A DNA stretch of 64,000 bases from Sphyrna mokarran (lineage: Eukaryota), in assembly GCA_024679065.1 (NCBI GenBank), contig JAGIQG010000005.1, forward strand, positions 102,362,001 to 102,426,000, given 5' to 3'. Shown one piece after another: positions 13,141-26,989 of this stretch (its first letter is position 1; the number at the start of each line of letters is the position of its first letter). Both the position numbers and the translations under genes were made by a program. The notes under the pieces are model-generated. The model was not told the origin of the DNA. It did not search any database and was given only the letters and a program-made list of their open reading frames with translations.

Positions 13141-16019
13141 ATAGAAAAAATAATGGTGACCGTTATCCAAAATAAGAGTAATTGTGACCATGAAATTGTC
13201 ATTCATTGTAAAACCTACTTGGTTCACCTAATGTTTTTTAGGAAGAAAATCTGCTGTCCTTATCTTATTTCGCTACATGTGACTCCAGACCCAATTTTGT
13301 TGACTTTTAACTGTGCTATGAAATGGCCTAGTAAGCTACTTAGTTCAAGGGCTATTAGGGCAGCAAACCCTGGCCTTGCTTGTGACACCAATGCTCAATG
13401 AAAGAGAAAGAAAGCAACTCCCCACCACATTTTGAGGACTGTAGATGCCCAAATTCTATAAACAATTTTTAAAATCCTGGGGGTTGGGTGTAGTACTGTA
13501 GACTTTAGTACAAGTAGAAGACTCACTGAAGCTTTTCCCAACAATCAAACTGCCTAAATGTCCTTTTACATTGAGTCAGGACTATTTGTTTTAAAAGTAC
13601 GTGTTTGTTAGTTACAAGCCAGAGTGTTGGAGTGTTCAATTATACATATTTAAAAGCTATCTAGATAGAATTGAAGTTCAGGATGTCACTTCCTTAAATT
13701 AAAAGTTTTAAATTTACATCTTGTAAAATTTACACTTAGCACATCAGATGTACAAGTTTCAAGTATAATTTCAAACATTATATAAGTTCAAAGATATCCC
13801 AATGCAGTCTACTTTTTTATACAGTGTACTTACAATCATTCATCATGGTAGATGACTTCTATGTTTCCATTTATTCGACACAAATGTCCATTAAATACTT
13901 ATTTTTCGATGTCCATTCTTAAGGTAAATACTACTGTCTTGAGGCTTGCATGCATTTATACAGGATGCCAAAGGATCTGATAAGGTAGTACATAAAAGGT
14001 AGAAATAAACACCGTTTTGCAGTTGCTGTCTTATTATCCATTTCTATTTTGCTCAGTGTTGGTGGAATGCTATATTTGACTATTACCGTGGTCAGTGAGT
14101 AAGGCTTGGTTTTGCAAAAACATAAGACTGCTCAGATGAACATGAAGTTCATCTTTCAATGATCATTAAAGTATAGAAATTCTGCCTTGGATGCAAAATT
14201 GATGGTTAAACCAGATAATCTTTGGCTGCATGATTATTATTGTGTCATTCTAGGAAGATTGAAGAATTCTGGTTTACCTTGGATCTTGTGAATTTCAATT
14301 CTCTAATGAAGGCATTTGGGAAATTTGTGTACTAGTAGACAAAACAAGCAGCAATGTATTGCGAACAATCTTGAAATATGATGCCAAATACCTCCCTCCC
14401 TCTAGACAGAAATGGATTCATAGATATTTGGACTGAATTGCAAACTATCAGCAAACAAATTAGTTCAAGTTTCAGGTAATTTGTTTATCTCAGCCAGCTG
14501 TCACTAAGTAAGACTGTGTTTATACTCTGAACAGGAGTAGGAAATGCTGTATAACTGGCCTATTTGTGCAAAAGAAATGAAACTTAAATTAGCTAAAAAA
14601 GGAAAATAAATTTAACTAGCCAATATACTGACTGAAGCAGAGAGATCCTTAATGATTCTGATAAGAGTTTTGTTAGTGTATGCTTTCTTCATACAGTACT
14701 TGAAACATTGACTGTTGTCAATTAACTCATGCCAAAGATTTGTCCTCAGCAAATGCATGTTGGAAGTATTTGCTTACATGAATAAAGGAGATGTAAAAGA
14801 TAGGAGTACCTAGGAGCACACTAGTACTACTCTGTATTGATAAGTTATCATTTTAAATTTATAGAAGTTAACTGCCATCCTACCATGTTTAAGTTCAACA
14901 GGGTGAATCTCTTGCTTGCAATAAGTAAAACATTATTTCCTTAATCACACTTAAAAAAGAAACCCTATTGTAAGTATAAGTGGTTAATAAATTCTGCTAC
15001 CTTGGGTCCAGGGTGGCAGGTAATCTGCCTGTTGATGCAGAACTCGATGATACACACATAAGGAAAGCAGCTACCACTTCTTTCAGTCCACTTATTAAAC
15101 ATTCATGGATTAACATCAAATTGAGCCAAATTCCTGGTTTGAGGTCTATTATTCTTTCATGGGATGTAGGTGTTACTGGCCAGCATTCATTGCCAGTTTT
15201 TAATTGCCCTTGAGATGATAGTGATGACTGCTTCCTTGAGCTATTTAATATCCAATTGAAGTAGGTACATCCACAATGCTGTTAGGCAGGGAGTTCCAGG
15301 ATTTTGACCCAGTTTCAGTGAAGGAGTGGAATGATATTTCAGATCAGAATAGTGTATGGATTTGAGGGGAAGTGTAGGTGCATCCAGTGCATTGGCAGTT
15401 CTTGTCCTTCTAGGTGATAGAGGAAAATGCTTTGAAGAAACCTTGATTGAGTTTGTTTTATGTCTATGAAACATCAAGCACTTGCAGCTTTCAAGAAAGG
15501 AAGCCCAATACTTTTCACCATCACTGTTTGCAGAGCATCTTGAGGAAGGATAAATCCCAAATGTAGCATTTCCCTCAAAGGCAAATCTGCAGTGTATGCC
15601 AGCACTTGTCAAGCAACATGACTTTGGTGGCTCAGGTAAGTTCAGAGGATGGAAAATGGTCTAGTGCGGTAGCCAGAGTCAGGTGAACAATACTTTGCCC
15701 ATAGTTTTCCTTCGAGGAGCTTTGGATAAACATGATGAGAAGACCTGAAATGTCAAATAATTGGAGGAACCAGCTGACGATAGAGAAAAATGGCACCACA
15801 ATGATGGCTACAACAGCTTGACAACCAACATTCAAACTATTGATATCTGTTTCTCATAGATTGGCATCAGCAAAAGTTCACCAAATTAAGCTACTCTAAA
15901 CTGAACATCATTTTGTGCAGAAGAATGACAAATTTTCTATTTACTGAATTAGTACTTCCATATTTAAAGACTTTATTTATTTTTATATAGTAAAAGAAGC
16001 AGCCATTTATTTTATTTTA

Positions 16020-16270
16020 TCATAGAATCCCTACAAGTGCAGAATGACGCCATTTGGCCCATTTAGTTGCTAATCATTCTGACACTAAGGAGCAATTTGT
16101 CAAGGCCAGTAAACCTATCCTGGACTCTGGGAGGAAACAGGAGCACCTGAAGGAAATCGATGCAGACATTGGGAGAACTCACAAACTTTGCACAGTCATC
16201 ATAGGCTGTAATTGAACTCAGGTCCCTGGTGCTGTGAGGCAGCAGTGCTAACCACTATTCTAACATGCCG
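16020..16270 (-). mobile_element. HE1-like SINE
   Basis: catagaatccctaca...gcagcagtgctaaccact. Confidence 0.8.
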
Positions 16271-17615
16271 CTCTTAATTTATGCCAAATACTATGCCTCT
16301 CCAGATCCCTCACAATTGGAAGCTAGCTACAGATGGTGAAGTGCTACATAAAATCATTGGCAATAAATCCAAGATGCCGTAGTCTGATTCCATTCATGCA
16401 TCTATGAATGTTGTGTATCAGAAAAGTATTTTGATAATCTGCATTCTGAGTTATCATTTTAAATTTATAGAAATATTGTTCACATGGTATTATAACGTCA
16501 AGATTTTCCTCAATTTGCTCTGCAAGCTTGTAGAGACTTCAGATGAAGTTTACTAGAACCATCTTAGTAATGTGGGACTTTTGTATTAAGGAAAACTAGA
16601 TGATGTGAGATTGTTGTCCATGGAGTAAAGAAGGGGGTAAAACTGTTTCTGTTGGTAGAAGGGTGAGCAAAGATATAAAGATAATTGGCAGAAGAACCTG
16701 AGATGTAGCAAAATGTTTTCATGCAGCAAATGGTTTTGGCTTAATTGTGATTTTCATTAAGCAGTTTGTGATCTGGAATGCACAGCCTCAATGGTGGTAG
16801 ATGCAAATTCTGTAATTACCTTCAAAAGGGGACTGGATAATTACTTAGGGTGTGCAAACTTGAACTGTTAAAGGGATGTGAAGGAGCAATTTTCTGGATA
16901 GTTCTTTTAAAGAGCTGGCACAATTCGACTTCTATGTTCGTCATTCTAGGATTAAAATCCAGAAATCTGCAGTCGAAACATCAATGCTCTCATCTTGCCT
17001 GAAACTGCAAATTTGTCAGGATCTAATTTTGGCTATTTCATATCAAAGTTATTCCAATAGCGTTGTGTGGAATGCTGAGGAGAAAGTTGTTTGGACCTAT
17101 CATGTACATGGATTGATGTAATTTTAAAATTAAATATATATCATTAAATCTAAATATTTGTGCTTGATAATCAATAAATGAACCAGTTGAAGCATTCACT
17201 GTAAATAAGATTTCATTGCTTTATTTTGGTTGCACTTTTGATTTTGAAAAGGCAATATAGTTGTTTTAATCCTAATTTCCAATGAGAAGTTTACTCTGCC
17301 TTTGACATAACTTAAATGTGGAAGTTTCAAAATGTAAAGTCTTCGAAAATATAATTTGATATGCATTTGTATTCTAACTAACAGAATGCTGAAACTATCC
17401 TGCAATATCGGCAGTCTGTAAAATCTTAAACAAAATTGTTTCTCTGGAATAGTTCAAAATGCATGACTTATTTCATTATGAACTCTCATTTTAATACTGT
17501 TTAAAAATATGTATAAATTCAGTATTTAGCCACATGAAATTTTTATATTAAAACTAACATTTATACTATGATCACATTTTTAGATGAAGTATTTGAGCTC
17601 CTTTGTTTTCAATAG

Positions 17616-17719
17616 ATTGCAAGAAGAGAACAAGGAAAATGAAATTATTGGGGAAGACTGTGAGGTGGTAGTGAAAAAGAGGAAGAAAGATCACTTCAAT
17701 AACAACACAAAGACCCAAT
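17616..17719 (+). CDS. FBXO25: FBXO25 coding exon 2 (LQEENKENEIIGEDCEVVVKKRKKDHFNNNTKTQ, contains KKRKK NLS-like motif)
   Basis: Acceptor ttttcaatag, donor T|GTAAGG. KKRKKDHF matches FBXO25. Phases 2 to 1 are consistent. Confidence 0.93.
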
Positions 17720-19149
17720 GTAAGGTTTTTTGTATTATTTTAAAGTGAACACTAAACACTTGCAGGCTAAATTATTTGAACGCCTATTATGCAAAACATG
17801 CATTGATTGGATACAGTAAACAAATTTGTCTTTAATTATACAATAGCTATTTGTGATTTCTGAACTATTTGGTTTAATGAAGGTACAAAAATATTTTTTT
17901 CTTTGGCAAACTGCATATTTTTTCCAGATGCACATACGTCTGTTTTGTTTCAAGAAATTAGAATATTTTGCATGACTAGAGGATCTCATTTTCTGATTTT
18001 TTTTTTTTCAATTTTCCTAAATTTCTGTTTGAATTAAAAGTATAGAAAAGGACATCATTTACTTATATGATATAAATTTGAGACTCTCTGGTTGCAACAG
18101 TGTAAGAAGAGACCCTCATATATAATTGTTACCGAATGCATGTTCCCATTAAAGGACTGTTGAATTTAATTTGCAATATGCAAGTACAATATTTATAACT
18201 TTCTAGTCTCAGGAAGCTATGGTTATAGCAACCATCTTCAAGAATGAGCCTGATTAGCAGAAGCTTTGTCAAAAGTTGATTTTTATTTTAAATCATAGTA
18301 CTCCTAATCAGCAGTAAATATGGGCAATTCCAATATCAGAAACATAATGAAAATTGTTCCACTTCTAATGATCAACAACACATCATTTTTGAGATTTCTT
18401 TTGATCTTTGAGAAAGTTTTGAGTAATTTTGACAAGAAGCAAACTCAAACTAATAGGACCAGTAGAATGTGGGGTTAAATAGATAATGCCCAAAAATGGA
18501 CACTGGGATGGCAATGTACAGTTAACTTGCGCTCCTTCATTGCAATGCTGCCATCATGTCAAATTCATGCTGCCAACTACAAAATGCACTAAATACTCCC
18601 TGTTCTGATCAATGGCTGCACTCATCACCAAACATGTGGTATTCGGAGTGTAAAAGTATCATATCAGGTTGAAAAAGACTTGGAGAGAGTGAGATATCAT
18701 TTTGGGTTGATCGTCTTTTATAAGAAGCATTTAAATGAGTACTTGAAGCACCATAGCATATAAGGCCTCAGATAAAGTGCTGTAAAATGGGTTTATAATA
18801 GATAGATACTCGATCGCTAGTGTAGACACAATGGCTGTAAAAATCTGTCACCAACTGTTGAAAAAGCTAGAGGTGATTTAGAGATAAATTAAAGAGTATG
18901 GAGGTTAGTGGAACTCTAAAAAAGGCATGAAAGATTTAAGTCACAACAAGGATATTGATGCAAAGCACAAGGAGAATGTAATGAAATAAGTAAAGAAACA
19001 CACAACAAATGTGGGAAGCAGAAGCATTACCAACAGTTGATTTTTTTTTAAATGTGTGTAATGATTTTTGTTCCAATACTACTCTGATCCCACTTTCCTT
19101 TTACTTTGATTTTTTTTTCAGTGTTGTTTATTGCGCATTATCCTCTTAC

Positions 19150-19950
19150 TGTTGTTATTGATTCTCACTTAACAGGTGACAACAAGGGATGACTGGTCAT
19201 AATGGCCATTTCTATAAAACAAATTTTGATACTTATTCAGCTGAGTATTACAGCGTTCCTTGAGATGTCCAGGCAGCAGACTGTTTCCTGAGGGCATCAA
19301 CGATATTTTCTAATGGTCCATATTTAAGACCTCCTCCCAATGAATGGGGATTTTGGACTGGAGTCAAGAGCCATGTCATGAGTGGATATTCTTCACCACA
19401 CGGTAGCCATTCTTTTGGCTTGCCATGAGGCATAAAATGCAGCTGGCACAAAGTACTGCCACAGAAGTGACGGATTCTTGACTACTGCCAGAATAACGAT
19501 CATTTATCTGCGTAAGACACTACGCTCAGTTGTACACCAGCTGCCCATTTCCATTCAGGAAATAGCAGAAGTCATATGAAGTATGTTCAAAGCAACGTGT
19601 ATGCACTTAATACCCTACACCTTGAGGAAGGGTACAATTTGTGAAAACTTGAGAGAATAAGGTTGAACCTGTATCTTTTTATGCTAACAGCCTCCTGTGT
19701 CCTCACTATGCAACAATACACAGCAAACTAAAGACATTGCTTATATTACATTTCCAACAGCAAATTGAAAGGAATGAGATACACAGCCTTGAAGCCCCAG
19801 ATAGGATTGCAACTACAGCAATCAATATATTTTGGTCACAATCTCTTTATTGAAGTGCAGATGGTCACTGCTGAAGTTCAAATAAAAGAATTGTTTCCTA
19901 AAGACATTTGATGGATATGATTTCTTGCTAAGAACTGTTCTTCCCTCTTA
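19150..19950 (-). mobile_element. PIF/Harbinger DDE transposase fossil
   Basis: Minus strand reads QLVYN...INDRYSGSSQES (compare QLVCD...VNARYPGSSHD) and WL...EEYPLMTWLLTPVQNP (ORF 19248..19451), typical of Harbinger transposases. Confidence 0.75.
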
Positions 19951-20798
19951 AGTGACGTCCATGGCATTTTGTCATTTCCCTTGTAATGCTTAATTGCAAA
20001 AGGGAAATGTGTGAGCTGCCTATGATGAGAATCCACTTATTTTAGCACAGATCTTCAAATAAACAAAATTGTACTTCAACCAAAACTCTTCTTGTTGATT
20101 ACTGAATTTTTTAGAGAAGTATAGGAAAGTTGCAAAACACACACACTTGCACCAACTAACCTGTAAATGGCTCACAATCCCTTTAACAAGATCTATTGGA
20201 AGGGCCCTTCATGGTGCTTAACATATTTAACTGTGAGCTTCAGACAATTATATTCTGGCTTTTGTTAGGTGACATTAATTAAAATGCTGGCCAGCACAAT
20301 ATTGGTGTGCAACCTCTTTAAATTGGCTTTTTGGAGTCACTAATTTTCAATCAGTGTCGTCGGGGATAAGTGCTCCCAGCAGGCACTATGATATTTTGCG
20401 CTAAAAGTGGGATAATTCAGTGTGTAGTGAAGAACCTTATCACAACCTTATCTAAGACTCTTCAACTCAGAGGAAAATCATGCCTCCAGTATTTTTTTGC
20501 TACAAGCAAGATCAAGAAATGTGTGTGCTAGGCTGATATTTTTGGTGATTGATCTTGCTTCAGAAGCCAGTGCCAGTTTTGACTATAATTGATCCAATAA
20601 AATTGTAAAATGGCTGTGAAAAAGTGATACCTTTTGAAGTCCTTAGTCTTGACATATGTAAGGGAAAGCTATTCTGAACATTAGGCAATTTGTTCAGTAG
20701 ATGGGGAAAATGAGCCAAAATGGAAATATGAGGATAGGGAGGCTAGATTGAGATTTGAAAGTGGGCTCCAAAATGTATTTAAATTTCATGTTTTTCAG

Positions 20799-20848
20799 AC
20801 TTTTATCAGGAAAAGTGGATCTATGTTCATAAAGGAAGCACCAGAGAA
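20799..20848 (+). CDS. FBXO25: FBXO25 coding exon 3 (YFYQEKWIYVHKGSTRE)
   Basis: Acceptor tttttcag, donor GAA|GTAGGT. EKWIYVHK family motif. Confidence 0.95.
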
Positions 20849-20937
20849 GTAGGTTAATATTCTGTATACGTTTTATTGTTACTTTAATTTTTATTCCTGT
20901 TTTTAAATATTCTAATTTTTTTTTGTTTTATTTGTAG

Positions 20938-21030
20938 AGGCATGGTTATTGTACGCTGGGAGAAGCTTTTAATCGTTTGGATTTTTCAAGTGCAATTCAA
21001 GACATGAGAAGATTCAACTATGTTGTGAAA
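20938..21030 (+). CDS. FBXO25: FBXO25 coding exon 4 ([31 protein letters not shown])
   Basis: Acceptor tttgtag, donor AAA|GTAAGT. Near-invariant family sequence. Confidence 0.97.
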
Positions 21031-23629
21031 GTAAGTTTATCTTTGAACTTGGTGTCCTTGTAAAGAATTAATTTATATTTGAGCAAAGCATCACATTATG
21101 TTGAAATTCCATTCTTTCAGATTTTTTAAAATACTTAAGTATGAATAAATTGGATTGCAAAATTTAATATGCAAATTGACTTGGGTTGCTCCCAAGAAGA
21201 TTGCATTGCTCTGGCTGATTTTTCAAATAATACTATAATTGCATGTATTATGAACACATTTTGTCTGCCACAAGTGAACTAAAGCTATCTTTCCTTGGGC
21301 TACCTTTCCCTGGTCACAATGTGGTAACTTTAATTGTCAAATTACTAATTTACTTGCAGATTTTGGATAATATTCATACTTTTTAAGTACAGAAGCAGCA
21401 GATAAATGAGTTTTAACTTTGCAGTTTACTCATTCGTCCTTATCTGAGACATTCAGTTTCACAAATAATATTGTTCAAAAGAACTTTGAATTCCAGGGCA
21501 AAGATATTCCAGTGTAATTTGTGATATAACTAGTGTTGTATGCATTCAATGGACTCTCTTTTTTTTAAATAAATTGATATATGAAGAGTGATCAGCGTAC
21601 ACATTAATGTATTTTCTTTTGAAGCAGTCATAGCGGGAGTGTTCACTTTCACGAAGAAAGAAATTATATAATGGCTCTGTTTGCTGAATGTAATACTTAG
21701 CTGGGAATTTATTCTTCTGTTGCATTAAGAACTGTTTATTACCTGTGTTATAAGCTGGTGTTAGAGGAATGAATATAAATGTTATAAATTATAGGTTAAT
21801 TCTTTCTCTCACACTGGACATTCTCCTGATGCAGACGTTATCTTTGTTCTCTTAAGTTCAGGAGATTCAGATTTGAACAGATGTGGCAGGCAACTGGTTT
21901 AACCAGTCACTGCCATATCTGACTGAAGCACATTTAGCACTATTGGGCCCTACTATCAGATGCAAAAACTGTTTTACTATTTCAAGTTCATCCTGGAAAG
22001 CAAAAGTAACCCTCTACTCTTGATTGCAAGCCATTTTCTTAAAGCACTCTCATCTGTCTCTTCTACTCTCTTCTCCAATGATAAGTGTAGGAACTCATGG
22101 ACAGCAAGACCATTTGATCACTGCATTTGTTACTTGAGTTCACCTAGCCAAACCTCTCCTAAGGTTCTCCCTGCCCTCATTCTGATTTGTTTTCTCCTCC
22201 AAGTTTCTCTACTTCTTTTCTTCTGCCCCATGCTTTCTTTGAGCTCAGCTTATTCATGAGGGAAAACCTCCTGTCCTAACCCTATTTCCACTAAAGTACT
22301 GACCATCCAACTTTCTTTCTGACCCTTGCATTAGTTGATACCATTAATGGTTCATCTTCCTTGGGGTCTGTCCTCTGCCTCCCGCCTCACCTCCCACCAC
22401 CACCAACAAATCTACTGTCATCACCCCCCTCCTCAAAAAATTCTCTATCACTCTGTCCTTGCAAACCACTGCTCCGTTTCCTGCCACCTTTTTATCTTAA
22501 GTCATTGAACATGTTGTCCCAAAATGAGCTTAGCCTAGAGATTCCTTTTGACTTTTTTATCTGTAAATTTTCCATTTCTTTACTAATTTGTATATCAAAG
22601 GAATGCTTCCCGAGACTTGAGTAAATAGGGCCTTTTTGGAGAATATTTAATGCAAAAGGAAGTGTTTTTAGGCCTCTCTGGACTTATCTCCTCTTCCCAC
22701 CTACACCAACAAGCTGCAAGGCCTTGGCCTTGGGTCCATGCTTAAATTTGCACTTGAGCCCAAATCATAATTGTAACTTGATTTGTATCATTAGTAATGG
22801 ATCACACCAATTTCAGAAGAGCAGGTTGAAACCTGCAAAATGTTAGCAGTTCAGCCTCCAAAACAATTTTAACTATGCATTTGTTTTGTTTCTACCAGGC
22901 AAGCACGGTTAAATATCATTTCTTTGTTTCTTATTTGTTAACAAATTTTCTATCCATGTGACAAGCCTCTTAAGAGACGCGTTCTGAAAAATCATGTACT
23001 GTATTCTCCTTTATCCTCTTCAAAAAACTTTGTTAAATATGACTTTTCTGAATTCATGCTGGCTGACGCAATTGATCTACTATTGGATGTCAGTTAATTT
23101 TGTTTGAATTATGGAGAGTCCACAGCTGATGTAAAGTTACATTGTGTTCTATGATAAATTAAAGAGTGATCAGCATTTCCGTTGATCTCATGTTCCAAAC
23201 TTTGAAGCATCTGTTCACCTATATAGGAAATTTCATTTTCAGGCTTTAGATCATTGAATAATACAACACAAGTGGACGTTATTTGGCCCATCAAGCCTGT
23301 GCCAGCTTTTTGAAAGAGTTATTAAATTCATCCTACTCATGGTTTTTTTTCCCTAGTCTCTTCAAACGCCTATGTAATTAACTTGAAACAGTTACTGAAG
23401 CTCTTTCTTCTACCATTTTTCAGATAATACATTCCACATTAGAAACTAGTTGCTATATTTTGATATTTAAACAAAATAACACTACTTCATCATGCCTTCG
23501 GTTCTTTTCCCAGTTCTTAAAAATCTTTTTCAAATATTTATAAATTAAAATTTGAACTTAAAGTAATAAATAAAGGATTACCCAAGTACATCTGAGATGT
23601 ACTCCAAGTAGCATCCTGAGTATGCAATA

Positions 23630-24530
23630 GTATGTTTTGATTTATTATTGTCACGTGCATTAACATACAGTAAAAAATATTGTTTCTTACACACTATACA
23701 AACAAAGCATACCGTTCATAGATAAGAAAACAAGAGAGTGTGTAGTATTACAATCATAGCTGGAGTGTAGAGAAAGATCAACTTTAATGCAAGGTAAGTC
23801 CATTCAAATGTCTGACAGCAGCAGAGAAGAAGCTGTTCTTAAGTCAGTTGGAATATAACCTCAGACTTTTGTATTTTTTTTCTGACGGTAAAAGTGGAAG
23901 AGAGAATGTCCGGGATGCCTGGGATTCTTAGTTATTCTGGCTGCTTTGTGGAGGAAGCAGTAAGTGTGGACAGAGTCAACAGATGGGAAACTGGTTTGCA
24001 TTATGGATTGGGGAACATTTATGACAGTTTGTAATTCCTTGCAGTCTTGGACAGAGCAGGAGCCAGACTAAGCTGTGATACAACCAGAAAGAATGCTTTC
24101 TATGGTACATCTGTAAAAGTTGGTGAGAGTCATAGCGGAAATGTCAAATTTCCTTAGTCTTCTGAGAAAATAGAGGATTTGATGGGCTTTCTTAACTATA
24201 GTGTTGGTACGCAGGGACCAGGACAGGTGATCTGGACACCTAAAAATTTGAAGCTCTCGACCCTTTCTACTTCATCCCAGTTGATGTAGACAGGGGCACG
24301 TTCTCCATTATGATTCCTCAAATCGATGACAGTCTCCTTCATTTTGTTGACATTGATAGAGAGATTATTGTTGCCGCACCAGTTCACCAAATTCTCTCTC
24401 TCTCATTCCTGTACTCTGTCTCATCATTGTTTGGAATCCAACCCAGTATGGTGGTGTCATCAGCAAACTTGAATATCAAATAGGAGGGGAATTTGGCCAC
24501 ACACTCACAGATGTATAAGGAATATAGTAG
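23630..24530 (-). mobile_element. Rex1/Babar-like LINE 3' fragment (RT C-terminus)
   Basis: Minus strand KFADDTT followed by WCGNNNLSINVNKMKETVIDLR...VERVESFKFLGVQIT (ORF 24196..24390). Confidence 0.75.
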
Positions 24531-26895
24531 GTGGAAGATCAAATGTGAATGAGATGTGACCCAGAAACTTGATGTAGTAAAGATATATAACGTAACCAGC
24601 CATCACAAGGTTTGGATTTCATTTGACCTCTTGGTATACTGATATAGGTTCTCTAAATCACATTTGGGGGAATATTTTAAAGGACACTAGCCTATAAGTT
24701 TACTTTTGATATAGATCTTGCTGCCCATCAATACTTATTGCACCAATCTTCAATTAACATCAACGATTACTATATCCTGTGTTCACTCTAAAATATTAAA
24801 AACTGTAGATGTGCTTCAGGCTCATAGATTGAACATTTTTTATGTTAGTCACTCTTTTTAAATTGCAGTGCAATTTCTTGTCATTGTTGACAAGAGTTAT
24901 TGACATTTTTGTTTACTATAAATTGGGATATTTAGCATCCCAGTGATTGTGAACAAAGTAAGTTGGCCCACATGTTTGATATGTTTCAATTCAGTGTCAG
25001 TGCTTATTGATGCTAATATTGTTACACTCCCCATAAAGACAGATTACTTAAAAAATAATTTCTCAGCAACAGATGGACAAAACAAAATCCCATCTGATTC
25101 TAAGAAGTTGGGGCAAACTTTCCTGTTCCGTCTGCCCTGGAATCAAATATCAAGCTGCATAAAGATTTGGTTCATTTTGATTTTAGTTTGCATGTTAAGC
25201 TGGAAAATCCTGTCCGTTGACTGTAACAAGCAAACCCAAATCAAAATAGACTAAACATTTTTGTAGCTTGACTTAATAGTTACCTTATTAAGTAAAAGTA
25301 CTTCCCCCATTGATTAATTTAACTGAAAATACTTTACAACCTATTTATAGGTTTTGCCATGTTCACAGCAGACATGTAACCTTGTTGAATTCCAACATGC
25401 CAGCTGACTTTTCAGCAGGTTCCCTTCTTACCTCACCAAGATGAGTCTTCCAGTTTCCTTTGAAAGTCCATTCATTGTCTTCCAAGTATCCTCAAACTGA
25501 CTTCCACTCGGGCAATTCCAGATTCTTAAATCTCCTTGTATTCTGTCTGTTCAAACAGAAAATTAGTTATCATCAGTATCTTACATAGTACCAACACAAG
25601 ACAAGTTTTTTTTTCTTTGAAAATAAATAGTTGTTGCTGTACAAAGCAGTCTTCCTCTCTGGATCTGAATGTTTGAGTCCAAAAAGATCCAGCTGCCCCT
25701 CTTGTCATTGTGAAAATTGGCAATTTACTTTCTGTAGGTTCCAGCTTAGGCCTGTTTCTTTCTCTCCTCCCCCACCCCCACGATAACCAAAGCATATCTG
25801 CCTGTCCACAGGCAAAATTAAAATGATTTCCACTCCATTCCAGGACATTCTGTTTTCTTATGTTGAAAAATAACCATCTTATAAAGACTCACATTCATTA
25901 TATTATGACATAGTATCAGGTCATTGGAAAGTCTGCATATGAGATGAGTCATGCATTTGCTGCCATTTAGTATCATTGTTTTGAATGATTATAGGTAGAA
26001 TTCATCATGAAATTTTCTTGACTATCAAAGAAAGTACTGTTCTCTACATTTCAAATATGGTCTTTTACAATTTTGCAGAGAAGTCCTGCTGAATAATTGA
26101 GAGGATCTCCAATCAACAAATATACTGGTCACTTGAGATAATTTATCATTGATAGATAAAGCTTCCTTTTACTTTTTTAATATCTGGGTCCATCTAGGTT
26201 CTTGGAACATTATTATGTCTAGCTTGCAAAGTGTTACTAAACCATTGAAGAGTTCCAATGACAGTAATGTAAAAATTTTGACCTTGAACATTTTAATGCC
26301 ATGAAACTCTCCTAAGACTTTATATAATCGGGTTTTGAAATTCAGTATTTAAATTGAAGATTTTTTAGATATTGCACAACCATATCATATTCAAACTGCA
26401 GTGCTGTTGTACCAGATTGTATGTGCTGCAGTTGTATGAAAATGACTGCTACTGGAAAACCATTCATCTCCAATAAAATACAGCTATTAGTGATATTATA
26501 AATAAGTGCATAAGCATTTGTTATTTGAGCAAACAACCATTTTATTCCTCCTGTCTTTTCTACATATCAACATTTAAACACCATGAACTATTGATGCCTC
26601 CAAACACTACTTGTTCTTGAACTATTTCAATATGCATTTTATAATTCATGTTGGGATATATATTTAATTCTTGTATCAGTAATTTTAATGTGCCAAAAAT
26701 GAACTTTGAGGAGAAAGAATGTTTTGTTTTAAATTGTGTATCTAATTTTCATTATAACTCTTTCTTTAATCATTCACATGTACATGTATAAATTTGTGAC
26801 AAAATATTTGTTTGAAGATCTGTAGCAAAAAAAATGTAATGCTACTGTACTAGAAGATTCATGATTGGTTTTAAAAATACTTTTTAACTCAACAG

Positions 26896-26989
26896 CTTTT
26901 GCAGCTTATAGCGAATTCACAATTGACCTCTTTAAGTGGAGCTGCACAGAAGAACTACTTCAATATTTTGGAAAAGATTGTTCGGAAAG
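26896..26989 (+). CDS. FBXO25: FBXO25 coding exon 5 (LLQLIANSQLTSLSGAAQKNYFNILEKIVRK)
   Basis: Acceptor ctcaacag, donor G|GTAAAC. Contained in ORF 26899..27108. Confidence 0.95.
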
